From Oscillospiraceae bacterium (GTDB taxonomy: Bacteria > Bacillota > Clostridia > Oscillospirales > Oscillospiraceae), in assembly GCA_031270395.1 (NCBI GenBank), contig JAISXU010000057.1, positions 18,363 through 82,362 of the forward strand: a stretch of 64,000 nt of DNA. Reading direction: 5' to 3'. This document shows positions 35,740-43,855 of the stretch, piece after piece. Below the pieces are notes generated by a model that saw only the letters and a program-made list of their open reading frames with translations, had not been told where the DNA came from and did not search any database. Position 1 is the stretch's first letter. Every line of letters starts with the position of its first letter. The translations under genes were made by a program, and so were the position numbers.

Positions 35740-36549
35740 ATGAATACAGAACTGCTATCGATAAGCGAGCTCGCAAAGTTTTCGCGGGTATCAAGAACCG
35801 CTCTGATACATTACGATAAGGTTGGTCTGGTAAAACCGATTGCCCGCGGAGGCAATAATTACCGGCACTACTCGGACGAGCATATAGCGCTTGTAAATCT
35901 TATCAGGACGCTGCAGCATCTGGGGATGTCGCTTAAGGAGATAACCCTTGTGGCGCAGCGCCGCACCCCAAAGAGTATTTTGAAGCTCTTTAGGGAGCAG
36001 ATCGACAACATAGACCGCGACATAGTATCGCTGACAAAAGCGCGCAGACTCATGGAAACAATGATAGGCGTGATAGACGACGTCATAGACATCGACGAGA
36101 GCCGGATATATCTGGAGCGGCAGCCGGAGGAACGCATTTTCCTCGGGCCGTACAACGATTACTCGAACGGGCGAACGCTCAACGCCGCGCTGCTCGATTT
36201 CTACAACTGGTGCAAGGTGTACGACAGCGACATGAACCTGAACTACTCCGCGTGGGGCACTTTTTCCGCGGACAGGCTCAAACGCAGCGACTGGATGTGG
36301 CCGGACAGATTCTATTTTAACAACCCTGACGGGCAGGACGTGAAGCCCGAAGGTCTGTATGCGACGGGGTACGCCCGCGGCAACTACGGCGATACCGACG
36401 ATCTGTACAGGCGTCTGATGGCTTTTATCAAGGAGCGTAAGCTAAAGCTGATAGGCCCGTCGTTTGAGACGTATCCGCTGAATGAAATATCAATCATGGA
36501 CCCTACAAACTACCTAATCCGCGTCTCTATCCTCGTTGAAGCCGGATGA
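35740..36549 (+). CDS. MerR-family transcriptional regulator with GyrI-like effector domain
   Basis: Track ORF trimmed to ATG 35740. MNTELLSISELAKFSRVSRTALIHYDKVGLVKP..YRHYSDEHIALVNLIRTLQHLGMSLKEI is a MerR HTH plus coiled coil. The C-terminal ~150 aa are GyrI/BmrR-like (..LYATGYARGNYGD..ETYPLNE..). The gene is AT-richer than its neighbours. Confidence 0.85.
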   Translation: MNTELLSISELAKFSRVSRTALIHYDKVGLVKPIARGGNNYRHYSDEHIALVNLIRTLQHLGMSLKEITLVAQRRTPKSILKLFREQIDNIDRDIVSLTKARRLMETMIGVIDDVIDIDESRIYLERQPEERIFLGPYNDYSNGRTLNAALLDFYNWCKVYDSDMNLNYSAWGTFSADRLKRSDWMWPDRFYFNNPDGQDVKPEGLYATGYARGNYGDTDDLYRRLMAFIKERKLKLIGPSFETYPLNEISIMDPTNYLIRVSILVEAG

Positions 36550-36828
36550 CGCAACAGACCTGGACCCGGACCCGCGCGCTTCCTGACGTTTGTACTTAAG
36601 CCGCGTCGCTATTCCTCCCCTTATGTGCCTCTCCGCCTTGTTGAATTCGAGTATATCCTTTACCTGGAGGTACAGCGCCCTGCTGACGTGCTCCAGACGC
36701 TCGGAAAGATCCTTGTGTACTGTGCTTTTACTAATATTAAATTTCTTCGCCGCGGCGCGAACGGTAGCGCGGGTTTCGATTATGTACGCCGCCAATTCGC
36801 AGGCGCGCCTTTCGATGTCCGTTTTCAA
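36514..36828 (-). CDS. spoIIID: sporulation transcriptional regulator SpoIIID
   Basis: ERRACELAAYIIETRATVRAAAKKFNISKSTVHKDLSERL..VKDILEFNKAERHIRGGIATRLKYK aligns closely with B. subtilis SpoIIID (..YIVETKKTVRVIAKEFGVSKSTVHKDLTERL..HLRGGEATKLKYK). Confidence 0.85.
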   Translation of the reverse strand: MKTDIERRACELAAYIIETRATVRAAAKKFNISKSTVHKDLSERLEHVSRALYLQVKDILEFNKAERHIRGGIATRLKYKRQEARGSGSRSVASSGFNEDRDAD

Positions 36829-36934
36829 TCACACCACTCCCGGAACATATATGCGGGCAAAGCCGTCCGCCGCGCGAATACGCCGCGATCAGACGCTGAG
36901 GCGCGGCCCCGCTTGAATACCGGCGTAACAGTAA

Positions 36935-36963
36935 ACTATATGTCCGTGGGCGCGATAATATGA
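36935..36963 (-). promoter_or_regulatory. candidate sigma-E-type promoter for spoIIID
   Basis: Minus strand TCATATT, 14 nt spacer, CATATAGT. The sigma-E consensus as I recall it is xHATAxx-14-CATACAxT. It lies about 105 nt upstream of the spoIIID start. Confidence 0.35.
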
Positions 36964-37033
36964 GCGCGGCGCGCATACGCGCGCCGCAAAAGCTCCTCCC
37001 GGGAGGCGGCTCACACCGCCGCATTAGACGGCG

Positions 37034-38656
37034 CTACCTCTCCCACTTGTCTGAAAGTGATACGATCTGCTCGGCGAACCTCGTCAGGTCCTTGTTCGCG
37101 CCGCCGCGGTTACGGGCTATGACCTCCATCAGGCGATGTCCGGCGTTTACCAGCTTGCGGTAGGCGGGCGTCTCCCTGCTCGCCGCTGTCTCCGCCCGTG
37201 ACGTCCTGACGGGGTCGCGCCCCTCGTATACGTACGCCCCCGCCGAAACGTCGTATACGGCGGCGTACTTGGGCGCGGAGGCGCTGTGGCCCAAGCCGCC
37301 CAGCGTCTCGGCGAACGCCACGCAGTTACTCGCCTCGCCGTGTACGACAAAGACGCGCTCTGGCTTCGGGGCAAACGCGCCTATCCATTTCAGCAGACCG
37401 TCCCTGTCGGCGTGCGCGCTCAGGTTTCTGAAGCTGAACACGCGGCACTGCACGGATATCTGCTCTCCGTATATCGTGACGCGCCGGACGACGCCGTCCA
37501 CGAGCGTCCGTCCGAGCGTGCCGGCCGCTTGAAAGCCGGTAAAGACTACGGCGCACTCCCGCCTCCACAGATTGTGCTTCAGGTGGTGGCGTATCCTGCC
37601 CGCCTCGCACATGCCGCTTGACGAGACGATCACCTTTGGCGTCCTGTCGTCGTTGAGCAGCTTCGACTCCTCGGACGTCTCGATTATATGCAGATTGCCA
37701 AACCGCAGCGGACTTACACCCGCCGTCAGTATGGCGAGCGCGGCGGCGTCGAGGTATTCCCGCGCCGCCGACGGATCGACGTCGTATATCCTTGTGGCCG
37801 CCGACGCAAGCGGACTGTCCACGTATACGGGAAAGTCGGGCGCGCTTTTGACGAGTCCGCGTTCCTTTATCTCGCGGAACAGATATAAGAGTTCCTGCGT
37901 CCGCCCGACGGCAAACGCTGGAAATATCACGTTGCCGCCCCGCGCCAGCGTACCGTCGATTATCTTCGCCAAGTCCGCCGCGCCCCCCACGGACGGCTCG
38001 TGATTTTTGTAGCCGTAGGTCGACTCCATGACGACGATATCCGCCCGCTTAATATACTGCGGGTCCTTGATTATCGGCTGATCCAGGTTGCCGATGTCGC
38101 CCGAGAACACGATTTTTTTGCGCGCGCCTCCCTCCGACAGCCACATCTCGGCGAACGCGGAGCCGAGCAGATGTCCCGCGTCGGTAAAACGAAATTCCAT
38201 GCCGTCGAACGGTCTTATCATGTCTCCGTATTTACACGGGACTAGCAGCTCCAGAACACGCTCGGCGTCCCGGACGGTAAACTCCGGTTCCTCCTCGCGT
38301 GAACCGGAACGTTTGTTTTTGCGCGACTTCCAGCCCGCCTCAGCTTCCTGTATGCGCGCGCTGTCGCGGAGCATTATTCCGAGCAGACTGCATGTGGCGT
38401 CCGTAGCGTATATACTGCCCCCGTAACCGCTTTTGACGAGCAGGGGAAGTCTGCCTGAGTGGTCGATGTGCGCGTGCGTTATTATCACACAGTCGATCCG
38501 GGAGGGCTCGAACGCGAAATCCTGTTCGCTGCCGTTATCGCTGCCCTGATACATGCCGCAGTCCACCAGCGCCCGTTTTCCGTTTACCTCTACGCCGTGG
38601 CAGCTGCCCGTGACCTGTCTGTCGGCGCCGTAAAACATTAAATTCAATATCCGCAC
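37034..38656 (-). CDS. MBL-fold beta-CASP family RNA-metabolising hydrolase
   Basis: VDCGMYQG, HAHIDHSGRLP (HxHxDH), later GDIGN.., ESTYG, HGE. 540 aa, the usual beta-CASP size and layout. Confidence 0.8.
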   Translation of the reverse strand: MRILNLMFYGADRQVTGSCHGVEVNGKRALVDCGMYQGSDNGSEQDFAFEPSRIDCVIITHAHIDHSGRLPLLVKSGYGGSIYATDATCSLLGIMLRDSARIQEAEAGWKSRKNKRSGSREEEPEFTVRDAERVLELLVPCKYGDMIRPFDGMEFRFTDAGHLLGSAFAEMWLSEGGARKKIVFSGDIGNLDQPIIKDPQYIKRADIVVMESTYGYKNHEPSVGGAADLAKIIDGTLARGGNVIFPAFAVGRTQELLYLFREIKERGLVKSAPDFPVYVDSPLASAATRIYDVDPSAAREYLDAAALAILTAGVSPLRFGNLHIIETSEESKLLNDDRTPKVIVSSSGMCEAGRIRHHLKHNLWRRECAVVFTGFQAAGTLGRTLVDGVVRRVTIYGEQISVQCRVFSFRNLSAHADRDGLLKWIGAFAPKPERVFVVHGEASNCVAFAETLGGLGHSASAPKYAAVYDVSAGAYVYEGRDPVRTSRAETAASRETPAYRKLVNAGHRLMEVIARNRGGANKDLTRFAEQIVSLSDKWER

Positions 38657-38713
38657 CTCTTTCGTTATGCTTTCTCTGTTCGTCCATGCCGCGCGGAGCG
38701 GAACCTCCTATAG

Positions 38714-40669
38714 CTAACAATACCGCCCTATATCGCGCGCGACATGGAATGCGTTGCTGACGGCGCGCTCGAGATTCGCGGCGGCGCGGCAGTCGCCGAC
38801 GACGTGAAATTGCGCCGCGCAATCGAAAAACGCCTTTGCCTCGTCGTGGAGGGGGAGCACGCCGAGCGCGTTTATCACCGTATCGGCCGTAAATACCCGC
38901 TCCTCTCCCGTCACGGTGTCCTCGGCGACGACGCCCGTGTCGGTCACTCTTACGGCTTTGGTGTTAAAATTCATAACGACGCCGTATTTTTTTATCTCGA
39001 GGTTCAGCGCCTTGACGTGCAGGAAATTCCCCCCGTCGCTCACGCGGTCGAGCATTTCGAGCACTTGGACGCTCTTGCCGAGCGAGCCCAGATAGATGCC
39101 GAGCTCCGTTCCGGCCAAGCCCCCTCCGAGGATTATTACCGAACCGCCGGCGAGCGACGCGTCCGCGTAGACCTCCGTCACGCCGGCGACGTTCTTCCCC
39201 GCGATGCCGGGGATGGGCGGTACGGCCGGCCTGCCGCCCAGCGCTGCGACTACGACGTCCGCGCCCGCCGCACTCGCGTATTCCGGAGTGACCTCCGTGT
39301 TAAGCCGCACGTCAACGGCGGATTTCGCGAGCTGCCGCTCCATATAGTCCAGATACGCGCCCACGCGCCATTTGAACGGAGTCTTTTCCTCACAGCGCAG
39401 GACGCCGCCGAGCCGCGCTCCTTTTTCGCAGAGCACAACCTCGTGTCCGCGCCGGACACACGTGAGCGCCGCCTGCATACCGGCCGGTCCGCCGCCTATG
39501 ACCATCACGCGCTGTTTTTCCGGTTTCGCCGTCTCGCCGCGCAATTCGATGTCGTAGCCCTGCTCCGGGTTTACGGAGCACGTATAAAAGCCCGTGGGCA
39601 GCAGCACGGAAAAACAGTTGAGACAGCGCTGACACGGACGGATATCCTCCTCGCGGCCCTGACGCGCCTTGTTCGGCAGATCGGGGTCTGCTATCAGCGC
39701 GCGCGCCATTTCGACGACATCGGCCTTACCGGACGCGATTATCTCCTCCAACTGCTCCGGGTCCCCCAGCGAACCGATGGCCGCGACGGGTATTCTCACG
39801 CGCTTTTTCACATCGGCGGCATAGTGGACGTTGACGCCCTCGTCGAGGAACATGCTCGGGTGCGTCACGGTAAACACCTCGTCCACGTCATAGTTGCCCG
39901 TGGAGACGTGGACGAGATCTATGTATGGCTCAAACGCCTTCGCAAATTCGATTCCATCCTCAATACCGTAGCCGCCGTCGTACGCCTCGGAGCCGGAGAT
40001 ACGGACTTCTATGGGGTAACTCGGGCCGACATATCTCCGGATTGCCTGCAAGACGGCCACCGGCAGCCGCATACGGTTCTCAAGGGAACCTCCCCACCTG
40101 TCCTTGCGGGTGTTTGTCAGCGGGGACAGCCACTGGTGCAGCTGCCAGCCGTGCCCGGCGTGGACAGTCACCATGCCGAAGCCGACGCGCTTGGCAAACC
40201 CCGCCGCGCGCCCCCACTGCTCAATCGTCGCCTCGATCATTTCCTCGGGCATCGCCGGAACAAAACGCCCGTCGTGCTCGCCCTCCACCGGCGCGTAGGC
40301 GGGTCCCGGCTCGCTCCAATGGCGGTTGGCGGCCCAGCCCGCGTGCTGAAGCTCCGCGGAACAGACAGCGCCGTGCCGCTGCACGGTGTTGCACAGCCGC
40401 CCCAAGCTGTTCGCGGCCTTCGGGTCGTCAAGAACGAGGTGCTGATCCCCGTGCTTGCCGTACGCGCCGGACACGCACGTCTCCCCGACGCAGACGGACG
40501 CGGCGCCTCCCAGCGCCTTGCGCTCATAATACGCGATGCCGTCCGGCGTGATGAAGTCCTCGCTCGTGAAATCCCGGAAGCCCGTAGGTGCGGCAAATAT
40601 CCGGTTCTTGAAGAGTGTGTGCCCAAGTCTTATCGGCTCGAACACGCGCGGGTACTTTATGCTTTTCAT
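38714..40669 (-). CDS. Fe-S flavoenzyme of the 2-enoate reductase / 2,4-dienoyl-CoA reductase / BaiH class (ENR paralogue 1)
   Basis: Track ORF 38714..40933. I trimmed the start to ATG 40669 (MKSIKYPRVFEPIRLGHTLFKNRIFAAPTG) after GGAGGAAAG. N-terminal OYE-like TIM barrel, 4Fe-4S motif CQRCLNCFSVLLPTGFYTCSVNP, and an FAD/NAD(P) domain VMVIGGGPAGMQAA. 651 aa. Confidence 0.85.
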   Translation of the reverse strand: MKSIKYPRVFEPIRLGHTLFKNRIFAAPTGFRDFTSEDFITPDGIAYYERKALGGAASVCVGETCVSGAYGKHGDQHLVLDDPKAANSLGRLCNTVQRHGAVCSAELQHAGWAANRHWSEPGPAYAPVEGEHDGRFVPAMPEEMIEATIEQWGRAAGFAKRVGFGMVTVHAGHGWQLHQWLSPLTNTRKDRWGGSLENRMRLPVAVLQAIRRYVGPSYPIEVRISGSEAYDGGYGIEDGIEFAKAFEPYIDLVHVSTGNYDVDEVFTVTHPSMFLDEGVNVHYAADVKKRVRIPVAAIGSLGDPEQLEEIIASGKADVVEMARALIADPDLPNKARQGREEDIRPCQRCLNCFSVLLPTGFYTCSVNPEQGYDIELRGETAKPEKQRVMVIGGGPAGMQAALTCVRRGHEVVLCEKGARLGGVLRCEEKTPFKWRVGAYLDYMERQLAKSAVDVRLNTEVTPEYASAAGADVVVAALGGRPAVPPIPGIAGKNVAGVTEVYADASLAGGSVIILGGGLAGTELGIYLGSLGKSVQVLEMLDRVSDGGNFLHVKALNLEIKKYGVVMNFNTKAVRVTDTGVVAEDTVTGEERVFTADTVINALGVLPLHDEAKAFFDCAAQFHVVGDCRAAANLERAVSNAFHVARDIGRYC

Positions 40670-40817
40670 CGCTTTCCTCCTACTTATAATGTCTGTCACC
40701 CGATGGCAGTATATTACGCCGGTATGTAGACAAGTCAATAGTAATAAAGAAAAATCGTCGGATTTACTAATATCCCACCCGAATAATTGTACATATCGCA
40801 CAAAGAATCCGCGACGC

Positions 40818-40896
40818 GCGTTGACAATCGCCATGCCGTGTGCAATAATGCCATATAGAGGGTAAGTATAGAACACGACGGACGGGGCGGTGTGGA
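40818..40896 (+). repeat. duplicated promoter block, copy 1 (drives the SLH gene)
   Basis: GCGTTGACAATCGCCATGCCGTGTGCAATAATGCCATATA, a 20-nt insert, then ACGGACGGGGCGGTGTGGA. The same sequence occurs at 42548-42607. It contains TTGACA-17-AATAAT. Confidence 0.7.
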
Positions 40897-40912
40897 GGAG
40901 AAAGGTAAAAAA

Positions 40913-41989
40913 ATGAAGCTGATGAATGCACAAGTAAAAATGTTATCCGTCTTTATGGTAGCCGCGCTTTTACTCGTCGGCGGTTTGTTTTGTACAGCAG
41001 CGGCTTCTAACTCAGTGAACAACGAACCTTCCGAAACATCTGAATGGGCGCGTGACGAAATAGCATTGGCACACGAGCTGTATATATTACCTGCGGGAGC
41101 CTATGTTGGCGACCTCACAAGACCGATAACGCGTTATGAGTTTGTACGGTATGCGATGTATTTCTTAGCCGCACAGTACAACATGGAAATTGATGACTTT
41201 ATTACCACGATTATGGCGGTTCGTAAAATCTCGCCGGACTACTCTGCTTTTTCAGATGTTGAGGACGGCGTTGTTGCTTTGGCGAACACTCTTGGAATTA
41301 TCTCCGGCTACGGAGATGGAACGTTCAGGCCGCAGAGTCTGATAACTCGGCAAGAAGCCGCAAAAATGTTGCTTGACGTATACCACTGTTACGCCGAGCA
41401 GCCTGAACAACTAAGCAAAGACGTAGATTATCCGTTTTTGGATAAAATTGCGGATTGGGCGGCGGAGGCGGCTAAGACGATGTTTAACTGGAACGTTATG
41501 CACGGAGTGGGCGACAACCGCTTTAATCCGGGCGGAGATTACACCGTTGAGCAGAGTATTGTCACGTTTCATCGTTTATACCAAAACGCACCCGTGAGCC
41601 GCTCAAGCGCCAACATTAAACCCTTGCTTACGTTTAACGAGTCAATAGCAGACATAGAGAGTCATTTTGGGTTTCGAGTCGGTGGCCGCTTCGACCTTGA
41701 GAATTATACCGTCATATACGGAGTGACGACCGGAGTGCCTCACGGTCCTTACAATCTCTTGTGGATCATATACAAAGGCGGTGGTCGGCGCAACGTATTT
41801 TATCAGACGTTTAACGCGCAGTACACACAAAGCGATGGGTTGGGTAGCGGACTTCAGGGAATTCTAAGCGATTTTCTGATTTCGCCAGACGAAAACACGC
41901 TGATGTTTAACCGCGTTATCCCGGGTTCTGACCTTGTTGAGAAGTTTCGAGTCGACCTTAAAAGCGCAAAATTATCTCTCGACGAATGA
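40913..41989 (+). CDS. SLH-domain surface protein with uncharacterised C-terminal domain
   Basis: Start is ATG 40913 (MKLMNAQVKMLSVFMVAALLLVGGLF, signal). SLH-like units (..ISGYGDGTFRPQSLITRQEAAKML.., ..MHGVGDNRFNPGGDYTVEQSIVTF..). The gene is visibly AT-richer than the flanking DNA. Confidence 0.75.
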   Translation: MKLMNAQVKMLSVFMVAALLLVGGLFCTAAASNSVNNEPSETSEWARDEIALAHELYILPAGAYVGDLTRPITRYEFVRYAMYFLAAQYNMEIDDFITTIMAVRKISPDYSAFSDVEDGVVALANTLGIISGYGDGTFRPQSLITRQEAAKMLLDVYHCYAEQPEQLSKDVDYPFLDKIADWAAEAAKTMFNWNVMHGVGDNRFNPGGDYTVEQSIVTFHRLYQNAPVSRSSANIKPLLTFNESIADIESHFGFRVGGRFDLENYTVIYGVTTGVPHGPYNLLWIIYKGGGRRNVFYQTFNAQYTQSDGLGSGLQGILSDFLISPDENTLMFNRVIPGSDLVEKFRVDLKSAKLSLDE

Positions 41990-42120
41990 AAGGCCATAGT
42001 ACGAAGTACCTACAGAGGAATAGATTGGTCCATTTTTCCGCAGGCGTCTTGAAATCTTGCGGGAGCGACCGAGGGCGGTCGCTCCCTACAGAAATACAAG
42101 CCCCGCAGAGAGAGCCGCGA

Positions 42121-42149
42121 TTGACAGCATGGGCGCTATAGGGTAGAAT
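42121..42149 (+). promoter_or_regulatory. promoter of the small Hol-Tox-like ORF
   Basis: TTGACA (42121-42126), 17 nt spacer, TAGAAT (42144-42149). Confidence 0.45.
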
Positions 42150-42206
42150 ACGGTTGCGTAGGCAGTGATGGGACGGCTCGCCCATCTCCGAAAGGGGGTG
42201 GGGCGT

Positions 42207-42293
42207 TTGAGTGTATACGAATCGCAAATGATAGCATTGACCTTTGGTCTGCTGATTATAGCGTTACTCGCGTACATAGACGAACGAAAATAG
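42207..42293 (+). CDS. 28-aa hydrophobic peptide resembling the putative holin-like toxin (Hol-Tox) family; candidate type I toxin
   Basis: TTG start at 42207 after GGGGGTGGGG. The peptide is MSVYESQMIALTFGLLIIALLAYIDERK, with an N-terminal SVYE, an FG, one TM helix and a charged tail, as in Hol-Tox peptides (from memory). The frame was verified against overlapping track ORFs. The SD can be sequestered in the hairpin CGCCCATCTCC-gaaa-GGGGGTGGGGCG. Confidence 0.5.
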   Translation: MSVYESQMIALTFGLLIIALLAYIDERK

Positions 42294-42370
42294 CCGCCCC
42301 CAGTCCAAGAGTGCGGCTATTTTCATAGTCACTATCTAGGGCGAGCCGTTTCATCGGCTACTGCCTACGC
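42286..42370 (-). ncRNA. candidate antisense (antitoxin-like) small RNA convergent with the Hol-Tox ORF
   Basis: A minus-strand promoter is present: TTGACA (42402-42397), 18 nt spacer, TGaTATATT (42378-42373). The predicted transcript starts GCGTAGGCAGTAGCC..CGGCTCGCCC, the same two blocks as the toxin leader (42156-42183). It would end at the shared bidirectional terminator and overlap the toxin mRNA 3' end. No expression data. Confidence 0.3.
42291..42324. terminator. bidirectional intrinsic terminator
   Basis: AAAA-TAGCCGC..(loop)..GCGGCTA-TTTTC. The stem includes the TAG stop codon. U-runs would follow the stem on both strands. Confidence 0.5.
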
Positions 42371-42547
42371 ACAATATATCACATGGACGCGCTGACTGTC
42401 AAGAGGAAATTTTGACCTGCCCGCCGACGGGCAGGTCAAGGGAACAATTACTTGCCATGCTTGCGGAAAACGCAGAAGAACACCCGCCCCGGAATAGCAC
42501 ACATACGCCCCCACCCCCCACAAAGACACGAAAACCAAACACCCCTG

Positions 42548-42607
42548 CGTTGACAATCGCCATGCCGTGTGCCATAATGCCATATAACGGACGGGGGGCG
42601 GTGTGGA
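42548..42607 (+). repeat. duplicated promoter block, copy 2 (drives the LysR gene)
   Basis: GCGTTGACAATCGCCATGCCGTGTGCCATAATGCCATATAACGGACGGGGGGCGGTGTGGA. Direct repeat of 40818-40896. TTGACA-17-CATAAT. Confidence 0.7.
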
Positions 42608-43495
42608 TTGGAAATTCAACATCTGAGATACTTCTTCTGGATATGTATGTCGGGCAGCTTCGCGAAAGCGGCGGAGAGGTGCAGCGTGTCCCAACAGGGT
42701 ATCAGCATGGCGATCAAGCGGATGGAGAACGAGCTCTCGTGCAAGCTGTTCGAGCGCTCGCGGAAGGGCATCGCGCTTACTGACCACGCCAGATACCTGC
42801 TGCCGGCCGCCGAGAGGATCATTCGCGTCATGGACAACTGCGATGCGTACTTCGCCTCCGGTATGGGGGAGAAGCCCGAGCTCCACATAGCCCTGACGTG
42901 GGGCGCCCCGGAGGAGTTCGCGGAGGCGCCGTTAGAGGAATTCAAACGCGAAAATCCGGACGTCTATCTCAATGTCAGGCATGATCATGACACGGGCTGC
43001 GAGGCCGCCGTAAGCGCGCACGAGGCCGAGTTCGCACTGTCGGCCGGGCCTGTGGAGCTCGCCCTGTATGACGCGCAGTTTCTCTGCGCCTCCCGCTACG
43101 GCATAGTCGCCCGGCGCGACGGGCCGTTTGCGGGGCGCGAGAGCGTGGACATGGCCGACCTCGACGGCGTCCCGCTCATCGTGATGCGCGAGTATCAAAA
43201 GACATTTCATGTTCTGAGCGCGGCCGCGGAGAGCACCGGCGTCCGGCTGAACGTACAGGAGCGCGTTGACAGCACGCTGCTCACGCACCAGTACGACGAT
43301 CCTGCGCGCGCGGGAATAACGACGCAGTCGCTCGCCGCGCGTTTCGCGAGCGCAAAGCTGGTCTTTCTGCCGTTTCGCGACCCGCCGCTGGACTGGGAGC
43401 TGTACCTCATTAAGCTGCGCGGCGGCGAGCTGTCTCCGCTCGCTGCCGAGCTGGAGCGGCGGCTGCTGGCGCATCGTCCGCACGGACTGCGCTAA
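42608..43495 (+). CDS. LysR-family transcriptional regulator
   Basis: TTG start. MEIQHLRYFFWICMSGSFAKAAERCSVSQQGISMAIKRMENELSCKLFERSRKGIALT is a LysR wHTH, followed by a substrate-binding domain. 295 aa. Confidence 0.85.
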   Translation: MEIQHLRYFFWICMSGSFAKAAERCSVSQQGISMAIKRMENELSCKLFERSRKGIALTDHARYLLPAAERIIRVMDNCDAYFASGMGEKPELHIALTWGAPEEFAEAPLEEFKRENPDVYLNVRHDHDTGCEAAVSAHEAEFALSAGPVELALYDAQFLCASRYGIVARRDGPFAGRESVDMADLDGVPLIVMREYQKTFHVLSAAAESTGVRLNVQERVDSTLLTHQYDDPARAGITTQSLAARFASAKLVFLPFRDPPLDWELYLIKLRGGELSPLAAELERRLLAHRPHGLR

Positions 43496-43496
43496 G

Positions 43497-43743
43497 CTCG
43501 CTTCCGGCTAAAGCCGAAAGCTCGCCCGCTCCGTCGTGCGTCCTCTCCGAAGCGAACCCACTTCGTTGGGCTTCGTTTCGGTTTTGGACGCGGGGACGCA
43601 TAAAGCCGAAAGCTCGCTCGCTTCGCGGTTCGTCCTCTCCGAAACGAACCCACTTCGCCCCGGTTGCGATTCGGCTTTGGACGTAGTTCTCGTGCCACAG
43701 CGAAAAGGACGTAAGAGCGATAACGAGTGCAAACGAAATTATT
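43497..43743 (-). repeat. family A-related repeat (copy A6, inverted) containing a tandem ~91-nt duplication
   Basis: It ends with CCACAGCGAAAAGGACGTAAGAGCGATAACGAGTGCAAACGAAATTATT, the reverse complement of the family A left end. Internally there are two tandem units TAAAGCCGAAAGCTCGC..CGTCCTCTCCGAA(G/A)CGAACCCACTTCG..TTGGACG (about 43509-43590 and 43600-43683). Confidence 0.6.
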
Positions 43744-43855
43744 CTATAAACATCACAAATTGTTTATTCCCAAGCCGTCTTTTTTGTGGATAATAGATAG
43801 CGAGACCTGACGGAGCAGCGCGTCAGGCAATTTGTATGGAATAGGAGAATCGAAA

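Noticed and set aside
38744-40729. 661-aa plus-strand ORF
   Set aside because: It is antisense to ENR paralogue 1, Arg-rich and low in complexity. The minus frame carries the OYE, 4Fe-4S and FAD motifs.
40670-40933. N-terminal 88 codons of track ORF 38714..40933
   Set aside because: The extension runs through the intergenic promoter block. The conserved OYE N-terminus begins at ATG 40669, which has a strong RBS.
42086-42277. 63-aa minus-strand ORF (and 41958..42227) opposite the Hol-Tox region
   Set aside because: There is no RBS or promoter logic for it. It is antisense to a small ORF that has a promoter, SD and terminator, and its composition is not protein-like.
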